Shown here: positions 44,172-56,610 of the stretch, one piece after another
Layout: every line of letters starts with the position of its first letter
How positions within the stretch are numbered: position 1 is the first letter of the stretch
Source of the DNA: Owenia fusiformis
Taxonomy: Eukaryota
Assembly: GCA_903813345.2 (NCBI GenBank)
Contig: CAIIXF020000001.1
Coordinates: 41,106,001-41,170,000 of the forward strand
Reading direction: 5' to 3'
DNA length: 64,000 bases
Program-made: the position numbers and the translations under genes
Notes under the pieces: model-generated
Databases searched by the model: none
Told to the model about the DNA's origin: nothing
What the model saw: the letters and a program-made list of their open reading frames with translations, nothing else

Positions 44172-45784
44172 TTCTTAAAATACCCATTATTTACTCACAC
44201 TGTCCTATTAACGTATGCAGTCTCACACTAATCAAAAGCAACTGGACTGAGTTTAAACTACTGATATGTAATCATATTTGAGATGATTCTGTAATAGATA
44301 ATGTTCATACATAATTTCGAGGGCAAGTCTCAAAGGAGAAATTTAGTTTCCGTATTGCACATTTCAAGCAGTTGTCATCATGGCAGAATTCAGTCCACAC
44401 GTGTTTGACATAATTGGGTCAAGATTGCAGTAAAAAATCCCATTGACGACCATTTGTATCAGATGCTGGCACAGTTTTGCCGGAAGTTTGCAAGAAGTAA
44501 ATTTTGGCAATGCAGTATGTTAGAGTAACCTAGTAGGTGTAAGAAAATATAAGGTGATGGCCTTTAAAGTGGTAAAAACAATTTTCACGGCCGAATTGGA
44601 CTTCAATTCCTGCGATTTCAGGGGGTACTATAAGACTATTTCATAACATAAAGGATATAGTTGCTATTGTTCTGCTTTCTACAGCACACATTACTAGTCC
44701 AAAGATGAATAATATCCTAAAGTTATAGGCCGATATCTGTATTAGTCTTAGAAATATTGCAATTAATAGGAAAAAAATATGCAATTTTAGTCATTTTTAA
44801 GTCTCACGTATCTTATATTTGTAGCTTCCAGCAAAAGATGGCAGCTTAAATAGCTCAAAATTGTTTTCTAAAAACTAATTCAAGCTTTGTTTGATATTGT
44901 AATACAATTATAATAATGATAATGTACTATTTATGATTTTTAATGTGACTGTATAGTACCCTACCCCTGGAAAGTGGGCGTGGTCAATGTTATCATTTTG
45001 CAGCATACAATTAAAAACTTATATTGATAGAAAGCAAATCAATGCATTTTTAACATTTTCACTTGTTACTTGACATTGTAATTCATTTATTACTAAAATA
45101 TAGGACTCTACATATTTTATATATACGTTTTCAATTTTGTACAATGTATCATGATGATGAAATCTAATAGGCTGGTTCATTTTCAGTGTTCACTAACGCA
45201 TGAAATGTAAGTCACAGTGTTTCCAAATTACCTTTGCAATGAGAAAGTACCACAACGACTACATAATATGAGCAGTTTCAAGGTCCTAATACTAATACTT
45301 ACCGATCTATCGGCGTTCAAAAATAGAGAAAGCTGTCGTGAGTGCAGTTTTAACTAACTTTGAACTGAAACTGCTGCTTAATGAATATTTTTCTCAACAT
45401 CTGTGACTTTTTTAGACCCCAAACATAAGATACCAAGACATAATGCTACCAAGTTCTGATATTGGAAGTTTCAGAGCTCTAGATCAAATATTCACTTCTG
45501 CATGTACTTTTAAAAAGAGGCAAAAGGACAAAAAAACTGTCAGATATCGTGAAAAATATGAAAGATGCACTATTCAGAACAATTTATCTCTTAAATGTTA
45601 CTTTTATTTGACATAATTTCTGATTCTGCCTCCAGTTAGTACCACCAATAATACATATGAGAAGACTTAACGTCATAGTAAGTGGAAGTACAGATCTATT
45701 GGCTTCTGAAAATGGGAAAAGCTGTAGCAAGTATGATTTTCACCAGTTTTTCATCTAAGACTGCAACTTTCTGAATTTTCTTTT

Positions 45785-47975
45785 TACAAACTGCACAGTA
45801 AGACCAAAGACATTAAAGGAAACCTGGTCATTGTACCACCAATAATACTTAAACTGATTAAAGAACTGGAAAATGGCAAATCAAATGGCCCTGATAAGAT
45901 ATCGAATGAAATGCTTAAATTGTGTCCAGACGCAATGTCACTTCCTTTAACAAAATTATTTAACAAACTTCTGGTAGGCAATCATTTTCCTGACACCTGG
46001 AAAGAAGGTGATGTAAGCCTTATTCATAAGAAAGGTCCTAAGTCCAGATGTGAAAATTATAGACCAATTACGTTGCTGAATACCATTTCTAAAGTCTATG
46101 AAAGAGTTATCTATAACAAACTTAGCACTTACCTGATCTCCAATAACTTGATATATGAACGTCAGTCAGGATTCCTCAAAGGCCACAGTACCACACTTCA
46201 GCTAGTTTCAATTATTTATTATATTAATACTGAATTGAGTAAAGGAAACAATGTTCGTACTATTTTCCTAGATCTCGCGGCTGCGTTTGATACTGTTCCG
46301 CATAAACTACTTATTCATAAGCTCAGAAGTTATGGTTTTTGCAATAATCTTATAAAATTGATTAGTTCTTACCTCACAAATAGAAAAATTAGAGTTTCTA
46401 TCAACGGCTCCTCAACCGAATATTCAAATCATGATGATATAAATGCAGGTGTTCCCCAGGGATCAATCCTGGGACCTTTGCTCTTTCTCTTATACATTAA
46501 TGATTTGCCAGACAATTTAAACTCAAGAAGCTACATTTATGCCGACGATACGTCCATTTACTTCACCTATATGAAACATTCTCCAAATAACAGCAGACTT
46601 CTTCAAAATGACTTAAACTCCCTTGAACAATGGTCTCAGTTATGGAAAATGCACTTTAAAGCTGGGAAGAGCAGAGATTTGACCTTTAGAACAATAGGAA
46701 CTCCAAAGCCAGTTCACCAGCCTTTGACCCTCTCAAATCAAAACATTCCTATAGTTGATAGCCACAAACACATAGGTTTTCACTTGGACGACACACTTTC
46801 GTATGAAGTTCACGTAAGAGAACTAACTGCAAAGGTCCAGAAAATGTTAAATCCCTTAAAGGCCATTAAAAATAAAGTAAAGTCAGCTCACCTTGATCTT
46901 ATTTACAATTCTTATATTTCTCCACACTTCGATTACTGTGACATTTTATACCACGGCAGTAACAAAACAACCTTAAAATTGCTAGATACCTTGAACTATA
47001 GAGCTGCAATCTTAGTATCTGGAGCTCTGCATGGATCAAATGGCGACAAACTTTTGAAAATTCTAAACTGGCCAACTTTAGAAGCCAGACGATTATCACA
47101 CATAGGTGTGTTAATGTTCAAGGTAAAACATAATATGTGCCCTTCATATATCAGAGATATTTTTAGACTTTTGACACCTGTACCAATAGGAATAGAGTTA
47201 AGGGATAGGCCAACCTATCACATCCCATTACATATTTCTACCAGGTTCAAGGATAGTGGAGCTATCCTTTTTTCTAAAATTTGGGACTCCTTACCATTAC
47301 AGCTCAGGCAGGTGCCTACTATCTCTTCTTTCAAAGGCCAAATCAAAAAGCACTTCCAAAATTTTCAAAATATTCAGACAAATTCACAAAATTTATCTCT
47401 TCCCCGTAATTCGGAAATCAAACTGAACCAATTACGTGTTGGCCTCTTGTTAAATGCACATAAAATGGCCCACTCTTTTACAACTATCGATTCTGATGTA
47501 TGTAGATGTGGTTTAAAACAAACCACAAAGCATTTCCTCTTACACTGTCGCCTCAACAATGATATAAGACACCAAATGCTTGACAGGCTAAATGGATTAT
47601 TTACCATGCATGACATAAATTTCTCCTTTAACAATTTGAAACAAGATGATAAAATTGAAACTCTTTTGTATGGAATTAACTTTTTAAATATTGAAACAAA
47701 TAGAGAAGTTTTGTCTATTACAAGTACCTTTATTAATGAATCTATCAAACTTGTTGAATAAGATCATGCTACCTATTCCTTTCACCTACTCCAACCAAAC
47801 TACCAACCAACCACCAGCAGCCCATTTTTGTATTGTCAAAATCTATATATTTGTGTATAATTTTATTGTAGTGTGTTTATATGTATAGTTGCCAATAATG
47901 TTTGCTTCGGCAACTTTTTGAAAAATCTTTGTAAAAAAAATTACTATGATAATAAAAAAAAAAAAAAAAAAAAAA
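45785..47975 (+). mobile_element. 5'-truncated non-LTR retrotransposon (CR1/L2-group LINE) with poly(A) tail
   Basis: Frame open from ~45785 through 47761; 3' UTR, AATAAA at 47951 and A-run to 47975; inserted where the left TIR of the host element ends. Confidence 0.9.
45911..47761 (+). CDS. LINE ORF2 reverse transcriptase (endonuclease lost by truncation) with C-terminal CCHC-like motif
   Basis: KSNGPDKIS (upstream in frame), NYRPITLL, QSGF, FLDLAAAFDTV, GVPQGSILGPLLFLLYINDL, YADD, CRCG..TTKHFLLHC; 616 codons without a stop. Confidence 0.9.
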   Translation: MLKLCPDAMSLPLTKLFNKLLVGNHFPDTWKEGDVSLIHKKGPKSRCENYRPITLLNTISKVYERVIYNKLSTYLISNNLIYERQSGFLKGHSTTLQLVSIIYYINTELSKGNNVRTIFLDLAAAFDTVPHKLLIHKLRSYGFCNNLIKLISSYLTNRKIRVSINGSSTEYSNHDDINAGVPQGSILGPLLFLLYINDLPDNLNSRSYIYADDTSIYFTYMKHSPNNSRLLQNDLNSLEQWSQLWKMHFKAGKSRDLTFRTIGTPKPVHQPLTLSNQNIPIVDSHKHIGFHLDDTLSYEVHVRELTAKVQKMLNPLKAIKNKVKSAHLDLIYNSYISPHFDYCDILYHGSNKTTLKLLDTLNYRAAILVSGALHGSNGDKLLKILNWPTLEARRLSHIGVLMFKVKHNMCPSYIRDIFRLLTPVPIGIELRDRPTYHIPLHISTRFKDSGAILFSKIWDSLPLQLRQVPTISSFKGQIKKHFQNFQNIQTNSQNLSLPRNSEIKLNQLRVGLLLNAHKMAHSFTTIDSDVCRCGLKQTTKHFLLHCRLNNDIRHQMLDRLNGLFTMHDINFSFNNLKQDDKIETLLYGINFLNIETNREVLSITSTFINESIKLVE

Positions 47976-48514
47976 ACAACCACCAATAATAGGTAAAAAT
48001 AATATTGGTAATATATACCAAGTGTTTACTTTAATTCCAAGGCATCTGAATTGATAAATAAATGAAATCAGTACTTTATTGTATCTTGGGACAAAATACA
48101 CTGTTTGAATGCTTAAGCTTGACATCACAGTAGCAAGTGAAAGATACGTTGTTATATACAGCTATATATCACTTTAACTGACTTTACTCTTCAATTTGAA
48201 ATATGCCTGGCCATTCTAAGAAAAATGCGACGGAGGGCAAAGAGGGTGCATGGTATAATCGGTAATTAAGCTCTTCTAGAGTTTAAAGCTCCCACAATTT
48301 TTAAAAACGAAATGGAGAATAACATGTGAAAGTATAGGATGGACTTATTGTTCTGAGAAAGTTTTTGAAAGTAACATTGCATGAAATATTTAAGCAAGAG
48401 ATATGTTCCAAAATACTTTCAGGTAGAAATAAAGCTCCGTAATGTAAAAACAATGTATTCTCAGTATTCAATAATAACATTCTTTATAGGTTTTTTGGTC
48501 TTAAGCATATCAGT

Positions 48515-48960
48515 GATTATCCCATGGTTGCAAGGATATAGATCGAATATCACATGAAGATATATTTGATATGTGGATCAAGTTATAATATTTTAGCAAA
48601 AAATTCACAAACCATCGAATATCACTTTTAAACTATTGAATATCACGTCTTAAAAAGTGATATTCGGTGGTTTGAAAAGTGATATTCCATGGTTTCGATT
48701 TTTTTCAAAAAAAAATTTATTTTTACATTTTTTAATTATTTTCAAAAATATTTTTTCAAATTTTTTCTCGAATTATATTTTTCACATTTTTTCGCTGATG
48801 ATGATTTCCCATGGGATAAATTTTTTTTTCAAAAATATCAATTATATCCACTCATGGATACAAATATCTTCACTCACTCGCTGCGCTCATTCATGAAAAT
48901 ATCAATATCCACTCATGGATATAAATGATATTTTTTCAAAACCATAGGATATTCCTATAT
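48515..48960 (+). mobile_element. Small element with terminal IR and long 3' hairpin (Crypton-like non-autonomous)
   Basis: gattatcccatggtt (48515-29) / aaccataggatattc (48940-54); hairpin ~48831-48935 with ctcgctgcgctc apex; internal palindrome of gaatatcac motifs 48612-48690. Confidence 0.55.
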
Positions 48961-51127
48961 TATATCAATCCGGATGCTGAAGTCACTTAATAAATAATAA
49001 CTAGATGTAACTCCTAGTAAGCACTTCAAGTTTCAGTTCTAAATAAAATACGGTTCAGTTAAAAAATTGTTAAGAATACATACATTTTTTCACAATCACA
49101 ATTTCACCATTTCTGACTGTATTTCGCATATTTTTAGGTGTCAGTGGTTCAATGATTATTTGATATAACCTCCTGAAACTACTCTCATATATATTTGGTG
49201 GTACAGTGATATGGTATCCTGTCTTTTGGGGTCTCACGGAATTCTTGTTTTAGAGAAGAAAATCCTGAAAGCTGCAGTTTAATATTATGAATTATAGGTG
49301 AAAATTGCACTTGCTACACTGCTTCTCCCATTTTTAGATGCTAATAAATCTGTAACTACACTTACTATGACCTTAAGTCTACTCATATGTATTATTGGTA
49401 TTACTAACTAGAGGCAGAATCAGAAATTATGGTAAATAAAAGTAAAATTTAAGAGATAAATTGTTCTGAATAGTGCATTTTGTCACATTTTTTGCGATAT
49501 CTGACTGCATTTTGTGTCTTTTGGGTCTTTTTAAGAGTCCATGCAGATATGAATACTTGATCTAGAGCTCTGAAATTTTCAATACCAGAATTTGGTAGCA
49601 CTATGTCTTGATATCCTGTGTTTGGACTCTAACCAAATCACAGTTGTTGAGAAAAAAAATTTTAAGTAGCAGTTTTAATTCAAAATTAGTTGAAACGGCA
49701 CTCAAGACAGCTTTCCTCATTTTTGAAAGCTGATAGATCGGCAAGCATTTACACCATGATCTTGAATCTGGGCATACATATACTTAATGGCACTATCTCA
49801 TTGCCCAGATATTGTGGAACCATTGTGACTTATATTCCATGTGATAGTAAGCACTGAAAATGGACTTGTTGCATTGTGGCGGACCCCATACAAAACAAAC
49901 ATAGGGGTAGGGGGGGGGGGTTTAAACGTTGATCAGCTCTGCTATTTTTTGTGGCTATTGGTCATATAGTAGATCATTTTGTCAAAAGGTAAGGGTGATC
50001 CGAGAAAAAGTTTGTAAATTGAAACAGCCTATTAGATTTCATTATGATACATTGTACAAAATTGAAATTGTATATATAAAATATGTAGAGTCCTATATTT
50101 TAATAATAAATTAATTACATTGTCAAGTAACAAGTGAAGATGTTTTATATGCATTGATTTGCTTTCTATCAATACAAGTTTTTAATTGTATGCTGCAAAA
50201 TGATAACATTGACCACGCCCACTTTCCAGGGGTAGGGTACTATAAAGTCATATTAAAAATCATAAATAGTACATTATCATTATTATAATTGTATTACAAT
50301 ATCAAACAAAGCTTGAATTAGTTTTTAAAAAACAATTTTGAGCTATTTAAGCTGCCATCTTTTGCTGGAAGCTACAAATATAAGATACGTGAGACTTAAA
50401 AATGACTAAAATTGCTTACTTTTTTCCTATTAATTGCAATATTTCTGAGACTAATACAGATATCGGCCTATAACTTTAGGATATTATTCATCTTTGGACT
50501 AGTAATGTGTGCTGTAGAAAGCAGAACAATAGCAACTATATCCTTTATGTTATGAAATAGTCTTATAGTACCCCCTGAAATCGCAGGAATTGAAGTCCAA
50601 TTCGGCCGTGAAAATTGTTTTTACCACTTTAAAGGCCATCACCTTATATTTTCTTACACCTACTAGGTTACTCTAACATACTGCATTGCCAAAATTTAAT
50701 TCTTGCAAACTTCCGGCAAAACTGTGCCAGCATCTGATACAATTATAACGTTTCATTTCACAATATATTCATGGGCACAGATCTAGCTCAGCGAAACAGT
50801 GCCCAGTGTTCATTGGAGTCTTGTCTAGCTTGCCGTTACAAAATAAGCATACGGTGACCACACCGTTTTTGAGATAACTGAATCTTGAGAGAGCTACCAC
50901 CGTAAAGCTACCTGTTTCAGAAATTTATTCTGCTCTACATAGTCTCAAAAATCACCCCGCTATCTATAAAAATTCTGTTTCTAACCAAACTTGTAAATGT
51001 TTCCTGATAGATTAGTACTTACCCTATCGAGAATTAACCTTGATTCATTTATAAAACACTAGATGGCGCTGCGACGGGACACAAAAGGAGAAAAAGCTTT
51101 TTTATACAGAAAACCAAATAACCAAGC

Positions 51128-51314
51128 CTTGCCCGTAGCTAGCTTTTACCAGGAGGGGGAGCTTTTTTCCAGGGGGGGGGAGCTTTTTCACAATTTTGGC
51201 TAAAAATCATGCGAAAAATTCTCAGAATGGTGAAAAACTGCATGATTTTGAAAGAAAATTTGGCCAGGGGGGGGGAGCGGCTCCCCCCTAGCTCCCCCTC
51301 TGGCTACGGGCCTG
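51128..51314. mobile_element. CAGGCCCGTAGCCAG-family MITE
   Basis: caagc|cttgcccgtagctag...ctggctacgggcctg|caagt (TSD 4 of 5). Confidence 0.65.
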
Positions 51315-52315
51315 CAAGTATCTCTACTCCGGACTATATTCTAATATTATACAGAAAGGTGATGTACGTAGTGGTTTATAGGGAAGTCATAGACCCTGTA
51401 GCGACCTTTATCACTAAAAATGGGTAGAAGACAAAGTGAATAGGTTACCTACGGATTGTGACCAAAAATGAGCAGAAATTACCCTCTAAATGACCACATA
51501 CCCGCATACTTTGACATTTTATATTTTTCAGGGACACCCCTGGATTCTGAAGCTTTGCAATCTTATTTAACTTTCCACAAGGAACAAAATGATAAATAAC
51601 ATGATAGGATGGCAATACTACATGTATGAGTTCATGGGGGTGCATACATATGAAACACCCTGTACTCTCCGGCTTATCAACCGTCACCTTTAGCTTGAGT
51701 GTGGCATTTAACCTTTAAGTTAACGGTAGTGTTCGTGAATATAGTAAAGTCATGAGGTACTATCGTACCAATTCTCTTGAAAATAGTTGTCACTTATCCC
51801 ACGTATACATTTCTGACGGTCGACGATGTGCTATATGCTATATGCTGGCGTTGCCTCACTCACAAACAACAAACAAATCCAGATTTAATTCTCTGATCGA
51901 AACTCATTTGATAGGCAAATCTTCAGTAAGCTTTCTTCCTTGGTCTGTGAATTATACTTTCCTAATTGGTTTGGACTAGCTACTATCAGTTTTAGCTGTG
52001 AGAACCGTACATTGTTTTAGTTGTTGGTGAAATAATGAAGAAGGGTGGACGTAAAATTGATGAAAACAGCATTTCATTCATTAATGAGAATACTTAAAAC
52101 AGCTGATTCTATCCCAATGTAGACTTCCAAAACGTCTTTACTTTTCTCTATTTTGATATTCATTCATTTGCATATCAATAATACCAATAATACTCTATAG
52201 TACCTAGGTAGGTCGTTCCGTAAAGGATTTTTAGTACTTTATCAAGTTCTATCGAGATAAATATGATATAGGTCGAATGCATGAATATGTTTGACACAAA
52301 TCTGTGTATATATAT

Positions 52316-53316
52316 CATGCCCGTAGCCAGCTTTTTGTAAGGGGGGGCTCGAACCCCCCCCCCAAAAAAAAAATCCCCATGCTAAACCAAGCCCCTTTGT
52401 ATTTGGACCAAAAATAAGAAAATCTATGGCACTTTTTTTTGAAAATTTGGCCTAACATTGAAAAAATAAGGCCCAAATAGGTCAAGTAACGCCCAAAAAG
52501 GCCCACTAAAGAGGCCCTACAATATTTTTGGCCCAACATTTTTATCTAGGTCCATCCTAGGGCCGCACGTAAAATTTTTAGGGCCCTAAAACCAAAAGTG
52601 GGGCGAAAATTCTGAAAATTTATGGCCCGTTTTTTGAAAATTTGGCCTTAAATTGAAAAAATAAAGCCCAAAAAGGTCAATTAATGTCCAAAGAGGCCCA
52701 CTAAAGAGGCCCTACAATATTTTTGTGCCAACATTTTTTTCTAGGCCCATTCTATGGCCGCGCGGAAAACCTAGAACCAAAATTTGTGCCTAATTTAGAT
52801 TTATTGCCCATTTTTTGAAAATTTAGCCTAAAATTGAAAAAATAAGGCCAACTATAGAGGCCCTACAAAATTCTTTTGTCCCAACATTTTTTTTCTGGGC
52901 CCATCCTAAAACCAAAATTTGGGCCAAAATTTTGAAAATTTATAGCCCGTTTTGAAAATTTGTCTGAAATTGAAAAAAATAAGGCTCAAAAAGGTCAAGT
53001 AATGCCCAAACCGCCAGAAGGCTATGGAACCGCCAGAAGGCTATGTTTAACAAAACACAAAGGACGATCCTAAAAAGCAGAGGGAAAGGGGCACAAATAT
53101 GTCAGCGAAAAAAGTGGGCCAAATTTTGAAAAATAATGCCCAAATTCGAAAAACAATGCACAGTAATGCCAGTTTTTTAATCTTAATTACCCAGTGAATG
53201 TGGGGAAGAGCAAGTTTTTCTTCAAGGAAGCAAAAAGGTAGGTCCACATTTTTTTAGGAGATATCAGGGGGGGGGGCTCGGACGAGCCCCCAGAGCCCCC
53301 CCTGGCTACGGGCCTG
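52316..53316. mobile_element. CAGGCCCGTAGCCAG-family element expanded by internal ~200-bp tandem repeats
   Basis: TATAT|catgcccgtagccag...ctggctacgggcctg|TATAT; internal repeats tttgaaaatttggcctaa..ttgaaaaaataaggccca..gaggccctacaa at ~52438, 52633, 52813, 52950. Confidence 0.7.
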
Positions 53317-53616
53317 TATATCGAGATCATTTGTGTCCAATCTAATCAAATATAACTTGAATATTCAGGCACCCATTTTATATGTAAAATCTGATGAGAT
53401 TACATGCATGGCAATTGCCCACCACATGTCAACTCATCTTAATTCTACTCTTGGGACCGCGTTACCCGTAGTAATAAAACTATGAATGCTTTAAAGACAT
53501 TAAAGATATTATTGCGTCCTGTTGTATTTTGTAAGATTCGAGATGCCATAGAGCACTGCTAGGCTGTGAAACATCTCCTTTGTTAAACACTTTCGTCAAT
53601 TTGTCTATAAAGTTAT

Positions 53617-54992
53617 CTTTTTATCACACTTTGAAAAAGTGCTATATTGTCGTCGTCTTGTGCTGTTGGGCGGGCGGGCAGGCGTGCGGGTGGGCGGCAC
53701 ATAAACCAAATCTTGTCATCAAATTTCCAGGATAATTGCTTACCTGTTCAACTTGAAATTTTTACAGATGCAAGAGCAGACTAGTACCAAGATCTGATTA
53801 GGTTAATGGCATGCTGGGTAAACTACGTGGCGGCCATTTTGAATTTTTCAACAAATCTTGTCATCAAAATTCCAGGAAAACCACTTATCCGTTCAACTAG
53901 AAATTTTTACAGATGCAAGAGCAAGAATATTGCCAAGATCTCAGAAGGTTTTGGGTATGCTGGCTGAATTACATGGTGGCCATTTTGAATTTTTCAATTT
54001 GCTCCAAATTGACCCAATTTTTTTTTTAATAACATGTACAAGTTCTCAGAAGTTCAAATCTGACCTTAGATTTCAGATTTGACCTTTCGTTCACCTTCAG
54101 TGACCTTGAAAACGTCAAAAAGTTGATTTTCTAAATTGATATTTTGGATTTAAATTTAGGTCAGCTTAATTACAAAACACCTACTGAGGTCTGAAAAAGT
54201 GAAATTTTCAAGGTCGAAGGTCAAGGTCATTAAACTAGGTCACAAATGATGTTATCCAAGTTTCTCAAAGTTTGAGACTACAAATCAATTCTTGTCATCA
54301 AAATTCCAAGAAAACCGCTAACCTGTTCAACTTGAAATTTTTACACATGCAATAGCAGACTAGTGCCAAGATCTGATTAGGTTTAGGGCATGCTGGGTAA
54401 ACTACGTGGCGGCCATTTTAAATTTTTCAACAAATCCGTTCAACTTGAAATTTTTACAGATGCAAGAGCAGACTATTGCCAAGATCTGATTAGGTTTTGG
54501 GAATTTTTCAATTTGGCGGCCATTTTGAATTTTTCAACTTGCTCCAAATTGACCAAAATTTTTTTTAAAAACATCTACAAGTTCTCAGAAGTTCAAATCT
54601 GACCTTAGATTTCAGATTTGACCATTCGTTCACCTTCAGTGACCTTGAAAAGGTCAAAAATTTGATTTTTTAAATTGATATTTTGGATTTAAATTTAGGT
54701 CAGCTTAATTACAAAACACCTACTGAGGTCTGAAAAAGTGAAATTTTCAAGGTCGAAGGTCATCAAATTAGGTCACAAACAATGTTATCTAAATTTTCCC
54801 AAAGTTCAAGACTACAAATAAATTCTTGTCATCAAAATTGCAGAAAAACCGCTAACCTTTTCAACTTGAAATGTTTACAGATGCAAGAGCAGACTAATGC
54901 CAAGGTCTGATTAGGTTTTGGCCATGCTGGGTAAATTGCATGGTGGCCAGTTTGCTCTTCAAAGTGCGATATTTATCACTGTGTGTCTTGTT
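53617..54992 (+). mobile_element. Second Helentron/HINE-like element
   Basis: T-run, 5' subTIR TATCACACTTTGAA (53622-35), (GGCG)n microsatellite ~53668-97, internal ~540-bp duplication plus shorter units, 3' subTIR TTCAAAGTGCGATA (54958-71), small hairpin and CTTGTT end. Confidence 0.7.
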
Positions 54993-55077
54993 ATACTTTT
55001 AAGGAAGAAAATAAAACGAAAGGCCGCTAAGGAAAAAGAAAAAAATCATTTTGAGGTTTGCGTTTACGTTAACTTCA

Positions 55078-55340
55078 TGGATTTCGAAAACTTCGGTATT
55101 TTCGAGTATAAAGATAAAGGGTTATAGCTGCAAGAATGTGTTTCGATTATTTCGATAATTTCGCCTGATAGGTTCATTATGAATTTCGAATATTTCGATA
55201 ATTTCGATTCTAAATATAAACCAACAAGAATGTGATTCGATTATTTCGATATTTTCGATAATTTCGATTCTAGATATCGCTTGATAGGTTCATAATGAAT
55301 TTCGAATATTTCCATATTTTCGATAATTTCGAGTCTAAGT
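55078..55340. repeat. ATTTCGATA-based degenerate minisatellite
   Basis: Many copies of (a/t)tttcga(ta) with larger duplicated blocks (caagaatgtg..ttcgattatttcgata). Confidence 0.7.
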
Positions 55341-55354
55341 ATCACTCGAATCCA

Positions 55355-55858
55355 AAAACCTAAGCCCTACCCCTCAACCCTAATGTTAACATTTAGCTCT
55401 AAATCTAACCCCTCACCCTAGATTTAACCTTAAGTCCTAACCCTAAAGCCCAACTTAAACCCTTAACCTTAACCCTAATCTTAGCCCTAGCTCTAAATCT
55501 AACCCCTCACCCTAGATTTAACCTGAAGCCCTAACCCTAAAGCCCAACTTAAACCCTTAACCATAACCCTAATGTTAGCCCTAAATCCAAGTCCTAACCC
55601 TAACGTTAACCCTAAGCCCCAAACCCAACCATAACTTTAACTTACTATAACCCAAACCCCGAGTATTAAGTCTTAGCGCTTGACCTAAATCCTAACTTGA
55701 AGCATAAGCCTGTAAGCCCATAACTTAAACCTAAGTCGTAACCCAGAACCCTAACTTTAATCTTAAACCTTCGGTCCTAACCCTAACTTTATCCCTAAGC
55801 ACTAAACCTAACCATTTACCCTAACTTTAACCCTTAATCCTAAGCCCTTGCCCTCTAA
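55355..55858 (+). repeat. Degenerate telomere-like (CCCTAA)n tract
   Basis: 6-bp periodic ccctaa/cctaag/cttaac units; 94-bp higher-order duplication starting at 55395 and 55489. Confidence 0.75.
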
Positions 55859-56610
55859 CAATACTGAAGAAGTTTGATATCTAACTAAAGAACTGTTACA
55901 TAGCACTTGTGTTTAATCCATTCTGGCCAAAGGTGCATTTGTCATCTTGAAATTGATTTTCATAAAATTAAAAGTCACAATTTTACAGAACTTAGAACAA
56001 CGTGCCTCAGGTTTGGCCATCATTGTACTGTAGTCAAATCTGCACAGTTGTCAATGATTCAAATACATTCTTCACCAGATTAGCCTAAATGATACACATG
56101 ATCTCACTTTTGAGGTCTACAATTCAATTTGGTAATTCGATAGGTGAATGTATATGGTTAAACACAATACATATACAATACATATATGTGCTCTTCTTTG
56201 TTTTTTTCTCAATATTATGATGGTAGATAATGCAATGAATTGATGAATAACGAACAGAAAATTCAGAAATGGTAGACAAATTCTGAAGTGATTTTATAAA
56301 CTAAAATTTTGGAGATAATGGCTAATTCATAATAGATAAATAAATATATACATTTGACGTGCTACTCACAAACAACTTTTTCTGGTTTCGCCCCGGAAAT
56401 GTGTCAGGTTCAAAATTCTTCCGGAAAGAACCAAATGCAAACAATGATCGAAAAGATAATTCTATGTAAATATCAAACTTTTAAATCATTTATTGAAATG
56501 AAATATCCACACGCTTATTACGCACATACTACCCTTTCCGGTGTCAACGTAAGTATAAAGTGTCAGCTTAGATAACGAAGCAAAAAACGGACAAAAAACG
56601 GAGAAAATTT

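Larger units (their letters stand above)
44455..50741. mobile_element. Long-TIR DNA transposon (Academ-like), 6287 bp including nested LINE and hairpin element
   Basis: ATT|TGTATCAGATGCTGGCACAG...CTGTGCCAGCATCTGATACA|ATT (3-bp TSD, YR termini); inverted arms ~44455-45781 and ~49257-50741; outer ~600 bp nearly identical. Confidence 0.82.

Noticed and set aside
47374..47748. 124-aa minus-strand ORF (and 37871-38167 on the plus strand)
   Set aside because: Antisense shadows of LINE ORF2 and of the last nAChR exon.
51445..51520. Candidate nAChR first exon near minus-strand donor-like sites
   Set aside because: The frames give either the wrong phase or a peptide with no hydrophobic signal core.
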